Source: an uncultured Bacilli bacterium (GTDB lineage: Bacteria; Bacillota_I; Bacilli_A; RF39; UBA660). From it: a stretch of 64,000 nucleotides of DNA. The stretch's first letter is position 1, and each line of letters starts with the position of its first letter. The stretch spans positions 4,119-68,118 of the forward strand of contig CANQAS010000002.1 in NCBI GenBank assembly GCA_947589535.1, given 5' to 3'. The notes beneath the pieces were generated by a model. That model made no database searches, was not told the origin of the DNA, and saw nothing but the letters and a program-made list of their open reading frames with translations. The translations under genes and the position numbers were made by a program. Shown in pieces: positions 21,887-31,120 of this stretch.

Positions 21887-21926
21887 CAGTTTAATTATAT
21901 CGGTTAATCAAAAAAATAACAAGTTG

Positions 21927-22538
21927 TTACTTGCTACTTTTTTTAATTTGATCATCATCTTTTTTATCATCTGAATAATTATTGGTAACTTTAGAATTTG
22001 GATTATTATATTTATATTCCAAAAGAACATTATATATTTTATCAATATATATTACCAATAATCTTACTGGGCAACTTAAGGATACTACAACGTATGGACT
22101 AATATTATTATCTATCATTTTCAATATTTTTTCTTCACAATAATTAATTAATGGTAAAAAAGTATCGATTTTATATTCGTTTAAAATATTTTTAATTGTT
22201 CTTATTTTTTCATCACAAACGCTAAAATCATATTCATTAAAAGTATGTTTTCGATATGCTTTATATACTAATCTACAATCATAAATTCTTTCTATGGTAT
22301 TTAATTTTTTTTTCCAGTAATCATCAATTGCTTTAATTGCATCATTAACATTAGTATAATTTGAAATAATTTTCGTTACCCACTGTTTAACAGTTAACAT
22401 ATCGATTGATAATTTATCATTAAATCTTGAATCAATTTCTAGGTTTTTTACATCTTTACAAAGAATAATCATAACATCATTAACGAATTCTAATTCACTA
22501 TCATAAAATTTTTGCTTTGATTTATCATTTATTAACAT
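21927..22538 (-). CDS. hypothetical protein, 203 aa
   Basis: ORF upstream of xerD on the same strand. Lys/Asp-rich C-terminus. Confidence 0.4.
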   Translation of the reverse strand: MLINDKSKQKFYDSELEFVNDVMIILCKDVKNLEIDSRFNDKLSIDMLTVKQWVTKIISNYTNVNDAIKAIDDYWKKKLNTIERIYDCRLVYKAYRKHTFNEYDFSVCDEKIRTIKNILNEYKIDTFLPLINYCEEKILKMIDNNISPYVVVSLSCPVRLLVIYIDKIYNVLLEYKYNNPNSKVTNNYSDDKKDDDQIKKSSK

Positions 22539-22595
22539 AATCTTATCCCCCTTACAAATTTTTATGGTAATATACTATATCAAATATGCTTTCAT

Positions 22596-22624
22596 TTGTC
22601 AAAAAAAACGGAAATTGATATAAT
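22596..22624 (+). promoter_or_regulatory. sigma-A-type promoter for rarA (TTGTCA-17-TATAAT)
   Basis: Consensus-like hexamers upstream of the AAAGAGGTG RBS. Confidence 0.5.
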
Positions 22625-22642
22625 GATAAAGAGGTGTTAATT

Positions 22643-23860
22643 ATGATAAATGAGCCTTTAGCAAACTATCTAAGACCAAAAAATTTAAAAGATGTAATTG
22701 GTCAGGAACATTTAATTGGAAAAGATAAAATATTATCAAACTTAGTTAAGAATAAAAAAATGTTTTCAATGATACTTTATGGGCCTCCTGGCATAGGAAA
22801 AACATCTATCGCAAACGCAATTACCGAAGAGTTAGGTGTTAAACATAGATTTTTAAACGCGGTTGTTAATAATAAGAAAGATTTTGAAATAGTATTTGAA
22901 GAAACCAAAATTTATGGAAACATAGTTCTTGTAGTAGACGAAATTCATAGACTTAATAAAGATAAACAAGATTTATTACTCCCTATGTTAGAAACTGGTA
23001 AAATAACGTTAATCGGTCTTACTACTTCTAATCCATATCATAAAATTAATCCTGCAATTAGAAGTAGATGTCAGATATTTGAACTTAAAGCTTTATCTAA
23101 AGAGGATATAATTAAAGGTCTTAAAAACGCTTCTAAGTCATTAGAAAATATAAAAATAGATACTAAAACATTGAATTTAATATCTACTATGGCAAATGGT
23201 GATTTTAGGTTTGCAATTAATTTGCTAGAAGTGGCATATTATAGTACGTCCGATAAAAAAGTCGACATTGATGTTGTAAAAAAAGTAAATACTAAATCAT
23301 CTAACCCAATGGATGAAGACGAAACAGGTCATTATGATGTTTTATCTGCTTTTCAAAAATCAATTAGAGGGTCAGATGTTAATGCTTCACTTCATTATTT
23401 AGCAAGACTTATCTCTTCTGGAGATTTAGACAGTATATATAGGCGAATGACTGTTATTGCATATGAAGATATCGGTCTTGCTAATCCTAGTATGGGGGTA
23501 AAAGTAGAAGCAGCAATTAATGCAGCCGAAAGAGTTGGATTACCAGAAGCTAGGATACCACTTGCAAAAATGGTTATAGAATTAGCTTTATCTCCTAAGT
23601 CTAATAGCGCCAAAGCAGCTATTGATATTGCAATTAAGGATATTGAAAGCGGAAATATTGGTGATGTTCCGCCACACATTAATGCGCAAGCATTTGGATA
23701 TAAATATCCTCATGATTATCCAGGAAACTACGTAGTGCAACAATATCTACCTGATAATTTAAAAAATAGGATTTATTATAAACCCAAGAATAATAAATAT
23801 GAAAAAATTTTTAAGATAACAATGGATAATATTGAAAAAATAAAGAGTAAGAAAAATTAA
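22643..23860 (+). CDS. rarA: replication-associated recombination protein A (AAA+ ATPase)
   Basis: Walker A GPPGIGKTS, Walker B LVVDEIHRLNK. ATG at 22643 follows the RBS; the ORF-track start at 22634 is a GTG. Confidence 0.9.
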   Translation: MINEPLANYLRPKNLKDVIGQEHLIGKDKILSNLVKNKKMFSMILYGPPGIGKTSIANAITEELGVKHRFLNAVVNNKKDFEIVFEETKIYGNIVLVVDEIHRLNKDKQDLLLPMLETGKITLIGLTTSNPYHKINPAIRSRCQIFELKALSKEDIIKGLKNASKSLENIKIDTKTLNLISTMANGDFRFAINLLEVAYYSTSDKKVDIDVVKKVNTKSSNPMDEDETGHYDVLSAFQKSIRGSDVNASLHYLARLISSGDLDSIYRRMTVIAYEDIGLANPSMGVKVEAAINAAERVGLPEARIPLAKMVIELALSPKSNSAKAAIDIAIKDIESGNIGDVPPHINAQAFGYKYPHDYPGNYVVQQYLPDNLKNRIYYKPKNNKYEKIFKITMDNIEKIKSKKN

Positions 23861-23877
23861 TTTCTTACTCTTATCTA

Positions 23878-25260
23878 TTATTCATCATCTTCATCAGATT
23901 CATATTCAAAACTAAGCATATTATCTAACGCTTTATCAAGCTCCATACTAGTTTTTTCATCTTCTTCCTTATTAGCTTTTTCTAACTCTTTTTCTTCTGC
24001 GTATGAAAGTATTCTAGTTTCCTCCTCCTCATCATTGTCATATGGGATGTTGTAATCTTCATCATCGAAATTAATGTTATGGGTTTGTTCTGACTTATTT
24101 ATAGCAGGCATTTCAATAGTTTTTTCATCCTTAATATTTTCTTTTTCTTGTTTTTCTTTAACTATATCTTTTTGTTTAGCTTTATTATTATTTTTGTTAT
24201 TTTTTCTTTTTTTATTTATAATTGTTAAAACTATAATTACGATTACTGCTAATAATATTAATAATCCAATAACAATTGGTATAACATTTGAACTTTTTTT
24301 AGAAATTATTATTCTATATGTATCGTTAGTACCATCTTCTGCTGTAACAATTATTTTAATTACACTACCATCTTTTAAATTATCGTTATCTTCTATTTCA
24401 TAGCTTGCTTTTTTATCTTTTAATTTAACTGTTATATCTAATTCTGTATCCTCTGGTTTGATATTTAAATGAAATGTTTTAGACGCCTTGTCAAAATTTA
24501 ATTTATATCCTTTTATTTTTATATTCTTAATTTCAGTACTAGATGATTCTTCTTCATCCGCTCTAGTAATAATTACTTTATAATATTTTGTACTATCACT
24601 TTCAGAAGTAACTGATATTGTATATTCATTATCTCCAACGTTAAGAGATTTAGGCCCATCAATTGATACAGTTGCGGTATCATCCTCGGCTTTTGCTTTA
24701 ATCGTTACTTTTTTGATATCATTTTCTACGTCAACAAAGTATTTTGTGGTACTTTTTGAAAAGTTTTCTATTTCTTCGCCATCTATGGTTATTGAGGATA
24801 GATAATTATTATCAGATTTTACTTTTGTAGTTGTTGTCGTTGTAGTTACGGATTTTTTTGACGCTTTTAAAGTAAAAGTTTTACTGTCTTTTCCATAAGT
24901 TGAATCTATCTGTATTGTTGGTTTTACATCTTTATCAGTTGGGTTAGTTATGTTAAGGGTTGCAACAATATTTTCACCGCTTTGAATACTTGTTATACTG
25001 CATTTTGAAGATCCACAATTAGTTGATGAGTTTCCTACAGCATTGATATTTACATCTAAATCATTAGTTGAAAAATATATATCAATTGGTGTTATATCAT
25101 CTATTTCATCAATATTTAACTTAATTTTACAGGTTGTGGTATTAGTAGTTGTTTGATTACAAACTAAACTAATAGTGTTTGTAGCTTTTACCGGTGTTAT
25201 TAAAACAAATAATAACGCAATAAACATTAATAATAAATTTCTTTTTTTCATTTTTTTCAA
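23878..25260 (-). CDS. cell-surface protein with a cadherin-like beta-sandwich domain, a TM anchor and an acidic tail
   Basis: Signal peptide. Cadherin-like segment YLSSITIDGEEIENF...YTISVTSES...YKVIITR. TM IPIVIGLLILLAVIVIIVL. The tail is Lys-rich then Asp/Glu-rich. Confidence 0.6.
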   Translation of the reverse strand: MKKMKKRNLLLMFIALLFVLITPVKATNTISLVCNQTTTNTTTCKIKLNIDEIDDITPIDIYFSTNDLDVNINAVGNSSTNCGSSKCSITSIQSGENIVATLNITNPTDKDVKPTIQIDSTYGKDSKTFTLKASKKSVTTTTTTTKVKSDNNYLSSITIDGEEIENFSKSTTKYFVDVENDIKKVTIKAKAEDDTATVSIDGPKSLNVGDNEYTISVTSESDSTKYYKVIITRADEEESSSTEIKNIKIKGYKLNFDKASKTFHLNIKPEDTELDITVKLKDKKASYEIEDNDNLKDGSVIKIIVTAEDGTNDTYRIIISKKSSNVIPIVIGLLILLAVIVIIVLTIINKKRKNNKNNNKAKQKDIVKEKQEKENIKDEKTIEMPAINKSEQTHNINFDDEDYNIPYDNDEEEETRILSYAEEKELEKANKEEDEKTSMELDKALDNMLSFEYESDEDDE

Positions 25261-25320
25261 CTCCTATTTTACATAAAGTATTTTATCATTTAATTAATAA
25301 TATTACAATAAAAAAATTAT

Positions 25321-26010
25321 TTATTTTACCGCAATATTAATAATATCATTTATCACGTAGCTTGCTAAAAGTATTCCTGCACTATTTGGTACCATTGCCA
25401 TTGAACCTACAAAACCGCTTTCTTTTATTAATGGAAGCTCTTTTGATGTTACAACTGGTAATTTATAATTAATATGCTTTTTTCTTAGCTCATTTCTGAA
25501 TTTTTTTGCTAACGGATCATATTCAGTTTTCCAAATATTAGTAATATATAATTTACTAGGATCAAGTCTATTACCCGTGCCACATGATGATATTATTTTT
25601 ATATTATTATCTATAGCAAATTTAACTAATAATACTTTTGCTTTTACATCATCACACGCATCAATAATATAATCATAATTATTGTCTAATTCATTGATAA
25701 AAGATTCATCTATTTTTTTATTATAAGTAATTATATTACAATCTGAATTTATTGAAATTATTCTTTCTTTTGCAACATCTACTTTATGCTTATTTATATT
25801 AGTTTCTAAACTAAGTATTTGCCTGTTTAAATTACTTTCTTCAAACGTATCAAAATCAACTATTGTAATGTTGTTTATTCCAGATCTTACAAGCATTTCA
25901 AGAGTAGAACCTCCTACTCCACCAATACCTACTATCAACACTTTTGCATTGATAATTTTATTAACGTTTTTAATTCCGACTAATTTTTCTATCCTAGTAT
26001 ATTTTTCCAT
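25321..26010 (-). CDS. tcdA: tRNA threonylcarbamoyladenosine dehydratase (ThiF/MoeB-like E1 fold)
   Basis: Nucleotide-binding loop VLIVGIGGVGGSTLEMLVRSG. Homologue of B. subtilis yrvM by context. Confidence 0.8.
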   Translation of the reverse strand: MEKYTRIEKLVGIKNVNKIINAKVLIVGIGGVGGSTLEMLVRSGINNITIVDFDTFEESNLNRQILSLETNINKHKVDVAKERIISINSDCNIITYNKKIDESFINELDNNYDYIIDACDDVKAKVLLVKFAIDNNIKIISSCGTGNRLDPSKLYITNIWKTEYDPLAKKFRNELRKKHINYKLPVVTSKELPLIKESGFVGSMAMVPNSAGILLASYVINDIINIAVK

Positions 26011-26054
26011 AAAATCACCAAATATAATTATAATTCTATTTAAATATTATTGCA

Positions 26055-26231
26055 ATAAAAAAGAACCCAAAGGGTCGCTTGCTAACAAGATAAACCTGCA
26101 GTTCTCGCAGGTGGGCATCCCACAATAGTTTTAGACTTCTTAAATAAATTTAAGCATGAACACCACTATTGATTCTGATTCCCTATTAAATCTTAGCGGG
26201 TTAAATATGTTAACTTACGATACCTTCAGGC
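26055..26231 (-). ncRNA. candidate 6S RNA (ssrS/bsrA-like) or another structured sRNA
   Basis: Promoter-driven, non-coding, locally GC-rich. Contains adjacent hairpins GTGGG-atg-CCCAC, ACCTGC-gagaact-GCAGGT, CTTAAA-ttta-TTTAAG and AATAGT/ACTATT. Ends in a weak hairpin plus TTTTTT. Position matches the aspS-6S-tcdA-rarA arrangement recalled from Bacillus. Confidence 0.4.
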
Positions 26232-26237
26232 ATTTAT

Positions 26238-26267
26238 ATTATATCACTTATACAATATTTTATTCAA
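26238..26267 (-). promoter_or_regulatory. sigma-A promoter TTGAAT-18-TGaTATAAT driving the candidate sRNA
   Basis: Read on the minus strand: ttgaat aaaatattgtataagtga tataat. The extended -10 TG is present. Confidence 0.55.
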
Positions 26268-26288
26268 TAGATAAAGTAAAATTTTACA

Positions 26289-26957
26289 CTATGAATAGTT
26301 AAAATATGATATAAATTCTTCTAATAATTCTTCTATTTTTTTAATTGATAAATTATCTTCTTCTAAATTTAATCTTTTATTATTGATTACTAATCTTATA
26401 GAAGGAATATTACATAATAGCGATGATGCATATATTATTTCGTTTTCTTTTTCCTTATTTGGTTCATTCATTTCATCAAATTTAACATCGTACTTTACGC
26501 CTAACTCTTTTAATTTATCAATTAACGTATCCATTCCTCTTAATGTTTCTCTGTTATTTGTAACAATATCAATATCAGTATCATCTTTAAAAGTACTAGA
26601 ATGTATATCAATTAATAATTTTATATTAAAACCATTTATGATGTTTATAACACCATTTTTATAATCATTTTCTTTATCAGTGTTCGGATCGGAGTGAGTA
26701 AAGATTTGAAATATTGCATATGAATTGGTTGCAGATGATAAATATCTTACAAAGGCTCCAGTAAATTTTTCTGCATCTCTAACCTCATCCCCTCTTATTT
26801 GGTTAACTGTGTGGGGTGCTGAAAGAAGAACTGGAACACTGCCACTTAATACACGGTATTTTTCATCAGTCCATACGTTAGTTCCAAAATATTCGTTATT
26901 TGCAAAGTCAGCTTCTAAACTAAGCATTTGTTCTTTCATAATCCCACTCCTATTCAT
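26289..26957 (-). CDS. hypothetical protein, 222 aa
   Basis: Long ORF with no confident family assignment. Confidence 0.4.
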   Translation of the reverse strand: MNRSGIMKEQMLSLEADFANNEYFGTNVWTDEKYRVLSGSVPVLLSAPHTVNQIRGDEVRDAEKFTGAFVRYLSSATNSYAIFQIFTHSDPNTDKENDYKNGVINIINGFNIKLLIDIHSSTFKDDTDIDIVTNNRETLRGMDTLIDKLKELGVKYDVKFDEMNEPNKEKENEIIYASSLLCNIPSIRLVINNKRLNLEEDNLSIKKIEELLEEFISYFNYS

Positions 26958-27063
26958 TCTAAGATAATTATATATTATTTTAAATTAAAAAACAATATAA
27001 ATAAATATATCTTGTAAATAAAAAATAATATAGATTAGTATATTATTTTTTTATTACTTATAT

Positions 27064-27639
27064 TTATTTAAATTTAGCTATTTCTTCAGACATGACGTTT
27101 TCATCATAATACATATTATCTTCTGAAAATATGTCACTTATTATTTTATGGGCTTTTGATTCACATTCTTTTCTATATTTTTCTAATTCAATATTCTTAT
27201 TACTAATTTGGTTATATGCAATGCGATTTAGCTTTTTTAATCCTAAGATTTCTTTAGCTAAATCTTTAAATGAAGAAACAAATTTTGTTGAAAAATAATT
27301 ATAATTTATCAATCTAACAGTTTCATCCATTCCCATAATCATAAATACTGTATTTGGATCCGTTCCATTAGAAGTTACGATATCAAGTAAAATTACTGAT
27401 GCAATCAATATTATGTTAGTAATGGTATCGGTTTTATAAAAACTCATATCATACTTAAATATGGAATTAATTGTAAAATTGTTATATAAAATGAAATTAT
27501 TTAATTTATTTATATAATCATCTGTTGCGGTAGTTTTATTATTAAGTAACACTTTTCTTCTTTCAATTTTATCTAATGCTTCTTTTACATAATTATTATT
27601 TTTATTTTCCATAAAACCTCCTAGTTTTAAAGAACACAC
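27064..27639 (-). CDS. hypothetical protein, 191 aa
   Basis: ORF abutting the aspS stop. One hydrophobic segment. Confidence 0.4.
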   Translation of the reverse strand: MCSLKLGGFMENKNNNYVKEALDKIERRKVLLNNKTTATDDYINKLNNFILYNNFTINSIFKYDMSFYKTDTITNIILIASVILLDIVTSNGTDPNTVFMIMGMDETVRLINYNYFSTKFVSSFKDLAKEILGLKKLNRIAYNQISNKNIELEKYRKECESKAHKIISDIFSEDNMYYDENVMSEEIAKFK

Positions 27640-28940
27640 TAAGGTGTGATTCTATTTGGTCCTCTAAATAAGAACATAGTTTCTTTAAGAGAAGGTAGTC
27701 CTAAAAGTAACATTGTCATTCTATCAATTCCAAGTGCAAATCCTCCATGTGGTGGACATCCATATTTAAAGAAGTTCTTGTAAAACCTGATATCTTCTCC
27801 TAAACCTTTTTCATTTGCTTGTGCTTCTAAAACATCATATCTATGCTCTCTTTGTGCGCCTGTTGTTATTTCAGTACCTTTCCATATAAGATCATATCCT
27901 TGTGGTTTGTCGTCTTTTCTCATGTGATAAAATGGTCTTTTTGCTTTACTAAATCCAGTTACAAAAATAAATTCATGTCCATATACATCCATTGCATATT
28001 TACTAGTTAATTTTTCAGCTTCTGCATTCATATCACCGATATCATGATCAGGCACCTTATAACCATACCTCTGACTTAACTCTTTATATAAGTCTTGTAG
28101 GTCTATTCTTGGAAAAGGTGTTTTTGGAACTACTACGTCTACACCATATAATTTCTTTATTAAATCCCCATATTTTTCTTTAACAGCAGATAGTCCTTTT
28201 ACTAAAAGATTTTCTTCTAGCGTCATTACATCTTCATATGATTTAATATTAGCAAATTCTAAATCAAATGAAGTAAATTCTGTTGCATGTCTATTAGTGT
28301 TTGAATTTTCTGCACGGAACGCAGGCGCTACTTCAAATACTTTTTCATATCCTGCAGCAATTGCCATTTGTTTGTAAAATTGTGGCGATTGGGCAAGATA
28401 TGCTTTATTTCCAAAATAATCAACTTCAAATACTTCACTACCAGATTCAGAAGCTGCACCGATTAATTTTGGTGTATGAATCTCAGTGAAGTCATTTTCA
28501 TATAAATATTGTCTCATTGCTCTTACAAATTCAGATTGAATCTTAAAGATATTAAAGTTAACATCAGCTCTTAGATCAATAAATCTATTATCCATTCTTG
28601 TATCAATTGCCGCAGCATCTTTATTATTTATATTAATAGGAAGTTCAGGGGCTGATAAACTAGTAACTGTAATAGAATCAGGTATTAACTCCATACCTCC
28701 CATTTTAACTTTTTCATTTTCTTTTATAATGCCTGTTACGGTAATGGTTGACTCATTTGTTAACTTATCTACTATTTCTACCATTTTCTTGTTTTTTTCA
28801 TCAGATTTCTCAATTGTAATTTGAATTCTTTCTCCTTCATTTCTTAGTACTATAAACTGTACCCATTGAAGGTTTCTTACTTTTTCTGCAAAACCAGATA
28901 TTATAACTTTTTTATTAATGTATTCTTTATAATTTATCAT
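27639..28940 (-). CDS. aspS: class IIb Asp/Asn--tRNA ligase; short archaeal-type AspRS or AsnRS
   Basis: 433 aa. Class II motifs FRAE and GGFALGIDRMTMLL. Directly follows hisS as in the hisS-aspS operon. Asp versus Asn specificity cannot be decided from sequence alone. Confidence 0.75.
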   Translation of the reverse strand: MINYKEYINKKVIISGFAEKVRNLQWVQFIVLRNEGERIQITIEKSDEKNKKMVEIVDKLTNESTITVTGIIKENEKVKMGGMELIPDSITVTSLSAPELPININNKDAAAIDTRMDNRFIDLRADVNFNIFKIQSEFVRAMRQYLYENDFTEIHTPKLIGAASESGSEVFEVDYFGNKAYLAQSPQFYKQMAIAAGYEKVFEVAPAFRAENSNTNRHATEFTSFDLEFANIKSYEDVMTLEENLLVKGLSAVKEKYGDLIKKLYGVDVVVPKTPFPRIDLQDLYKELSQRYGYKVPDHDIGDMNAEAEKLTSKYAMDVYGHEFIFVTGFSKAKRPFYHMRKDDKPQGYDLIWKGTEITTGAQREHRYDVLEAQANEKGLGEDIRFYKNFFKYGCPPHGGFALGIDRMTMLLLGLPSLKETMFLFRGPNRITP

Positions 28941-28942
28941 TT

Positions 28943-30292
28943 TTAATCCTCCTTATGGCATTTGCAATCATGGCTGCAACTACATTCGTGTTGGTGATCA
29001 TCTTCGCATTCACATTCTTCATCTTCTATTATATTTTCATCTAGATAATAAATTAATGCATCAATGGATACTATTTCCTCTTCTTTTGTTTTATTATTCT
29101 TAATTTTAACTTCATTATTTTCTAGCATTTCACTATTAAGCACGATAGTAAATTTACTATTTAACCTATCAGCTTGTTTAAAACCTGCTTTTAAACTTCT
29201 TGATAAATAATCAGTTTCAACAACAAAACCATTCATTCTAAGTTCATTAGTTAAGTATGCGGCATATTTTTTTTCATCATCATTTACGTACAATAAGAAT
29301 AAATCTACACTTGAATTTACAGGTATTTTTACTTTTTCATATTCTAGGGCAAGCATTAATCTATCAAAACCTACCGCAAAACCGATTGCAGGGGTAGATG
29401 GTCCACCTAATTGTTCTATCATACCATTATATCTGCCACCAGCACCAATAACGTTTTGAGCGCCAAATCCTTCAATTTTAGCTTCCACTTCAAACACGGT
29501 ATGATTATAATAATCAAGACCTCTTACCACTGATGGGTCAACCACGTATTCTATTCCCATAACTTCTAAATATTCTTTTACTTTTTCAAATCTTTCTTTT
29601 GATTCATCATTTAAGTAATCAATTGTTTTAGGTGCTGTTTTCATAATTTCTTTATCAGCATCAACTTTACAATCAAGTATTCTAAGAGGATTTTTTTCTA
29701 ATCTTTCTTTGCAATCAGAGCATAATTTGTGGATATATGGCTTAAAGTGATTAATTAAAGCTTCTCTATAGTTATTTCTTGATATAGCATCTCCTAAGGT
29801 ATTAATATTAACCTTGATTTCTTTTAATCCTAATATTTTATATATATTAACAGCAAGTGATATAACTTCAGCATCTGCTAGTGGATCATCGCTTCCTATA
29901 AGCTCATATCCAAACTGAGTAAGTTCTCTATATCTTCCAGCTTGTGGCCTTTCATAACGATACATAGGGCAATTATAATAAAACTTTATTGGCTGATTAT
30001 TATCCCCATACATTTTATTTTCAATAAAACTTCTAGCAACACCCGCAGTGCCTTCTGGTCTAAGAGTCATATTTCTTCCACCACGATCAGTAAAATCATA
30101 AGTTTCTTTAGTTACTATATCGGTTGTTTCTCCAACACCTCTGTGAAATAGTTCACTTGATTCAAATACTGGGACTCTAATAAAATTATAATTATATTTT
30201 TCCATTACTTCATCAATTACTTTAGATACATATTGCCATCTTTTAGCTTCTGTTCCATAAATATCTTTTGTTCCTTTTGGTTTCGTTATCAT
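28943..30292 (-). CDS. hisS: histidine--tRNA ligase
   Basis: Class II motifs, HisS-type N-terminus (KGTKDIYGTEAKRW…) and C-terminal anticodon-binding domain. Cys/His-rich C-terminal tail. Confidence 0.9.
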   Translation of the reverse strand: MITKPKGTKDIYGTEAKRWQYVSKVIDEVMEKYNYNFIRVPVFESSELFHRGVGETTDIVTKETYDFTDRGGRNMTLRPEGTAGVARSFIENKMYGDNNQPIKFYYNCPMYRYERPQAGRYRELTQFGYELIGSDDPLADAEVISLAVNIYKILGLKEIKVNINTLGDAISRNNYREALINHFKPYIHKLCSDCKERLEKNPLRILDCKVDADKEIMKTAPKTIDYLNDESKERFEKVKEYLEVMGIEYVVDPSVVRGLDYYNHTVFEVEAKIEGFGAQNVIGAGGRYNGMIEQLGGPSTPAIGFAVGFDRLMLALEYEKVKIPVNSSVDLFLLYVNDDEKKYAAYLTNELRMNGFVVETDYLSRSLKAGFKQADRLNSKFTIVLNSEMLENNEVKIKNNKTKEEEIVSIDALIYYLDENIIEDEECECEDDHQHECSCSHDCKCHKED

Positions 30293-30306
30293 ATTATCAT
30301 TCCTTT

Positions 30307-30930
30307 CTATAACCTACTTATAAAGTAATCAAATATTTTTTTGTTATCATCATCCATTATACTTTCTGGATGCCATTGAATTCCAATAAAACACTTTTTT
30401 GTTTTATCTTCAATAGCTTCTATCGTACCATCGTCGCTATACGCTGAAACACTTATGTTTGTATTAATTATCATGTTTTTATGCCTGCTATTAACTAATA
30501 TTCTTTCTTTTCCTATAATTTCGTATAATAGTGAATCTTTATTTATATTGACGTAATGAACGTATTTTTTATTTCTTGCCATATGACCTAATACTTTTTG
30601 CTTTGTTCCACCAAATACTTTTCCAATGCTTTGATGTCCAAGACAAATGCCAAACGTAGGAATATCATTATCATATAAATATCTAATTATATCTAATTCC
30701 ATTTTAGACCCACCACGTCTTCCTCCTGGAACAACAACACCATCCGCCATATTTATCATTTCTATAATATTATCATAATCATCGTTTAAGTTAGTGTCCA
30801 TTGGGACTAAATAATAATTAACATTATAATTCTTAAGCGCATATATTATATCTTGTTTAATTCCGAAAGTTTCTTTATCAGTTTCGTTTTCTTTTTTTAG
30901 TAATCTAAGTAAAACCGCTACTTTTTTCAT
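30307..30930 (-). CDS. class I glutamine amidotransferase-like / peptidase C26 family protein
   Basis: GATase catalytic triad context FGICLGHQ ... IQWHPE. Its stop overlaps the annotated hisS start. Confidence 0.7.
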   Translation of the reverse strand: MKKVAVLLRLLKKENETDKETFGIKQDIIYALKNYNVNYYLVPMDTNLNDDYDNIIEMINMADGVVVPGGRRGGSKMELDIIRYLYDNDIPTFGICLGHQSIGKVFGGTKQKVLGHMARNKKYVHYVNINKDSLLYEIIGKERILVNSRHKNMIINTNISVSAYSDDGTIEAIEDKTKKCFIGIQWHPESIMDDDNKKIFDYFISRL

Positions 30931-31120
30931 AGTCCCTCCTTTTAAATAAAAAGAGCCTTAAGTTATAGGGGTGAACAAATCTGTCCACGGTGCCACCCTA
31001 TTTCACGTAAGTGCTCTTTATTTAAAATACTTAATTGTCTTGGTTTTTATTTATATTGTAAGTTGTCACTTCTTACTAAAAACTAAATATATTTTATTAT
31101 ATTTTTAATGATTAGTCAAA
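30931..31120 (-). promoter_or_regulatory. T-box-like leader (tRNA-sensing riboswitch) with a candidate promoter, upstream of the amidotransferase-hisS-aspS operon
   Basis: Minus strand reads AAATAGGGTGGCACCGTGG, matching the T-box consensus AGGGUGGNACCGCG. Downstream are ATAGGGTG/CACCCCTAT and AAGAGC/GCTCTT helices ending in TTTTT 20 nt before the RBS. A possible TTGACT-17-TAAAAT promoter lies at 31091-31119. Confidence 0.45.

Noticed and set aside
26011-26288. Riboswitch or T-box leader controlling tcdA
   Set aside because: No T-box or other riboswitch consensus was recognised. The element has its own strong promoter and rod-like hairpins, which fit an sRNA (6S-like) better than a cis-regulatory leader. 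The feature is kept as an ncRNA candidate instead.
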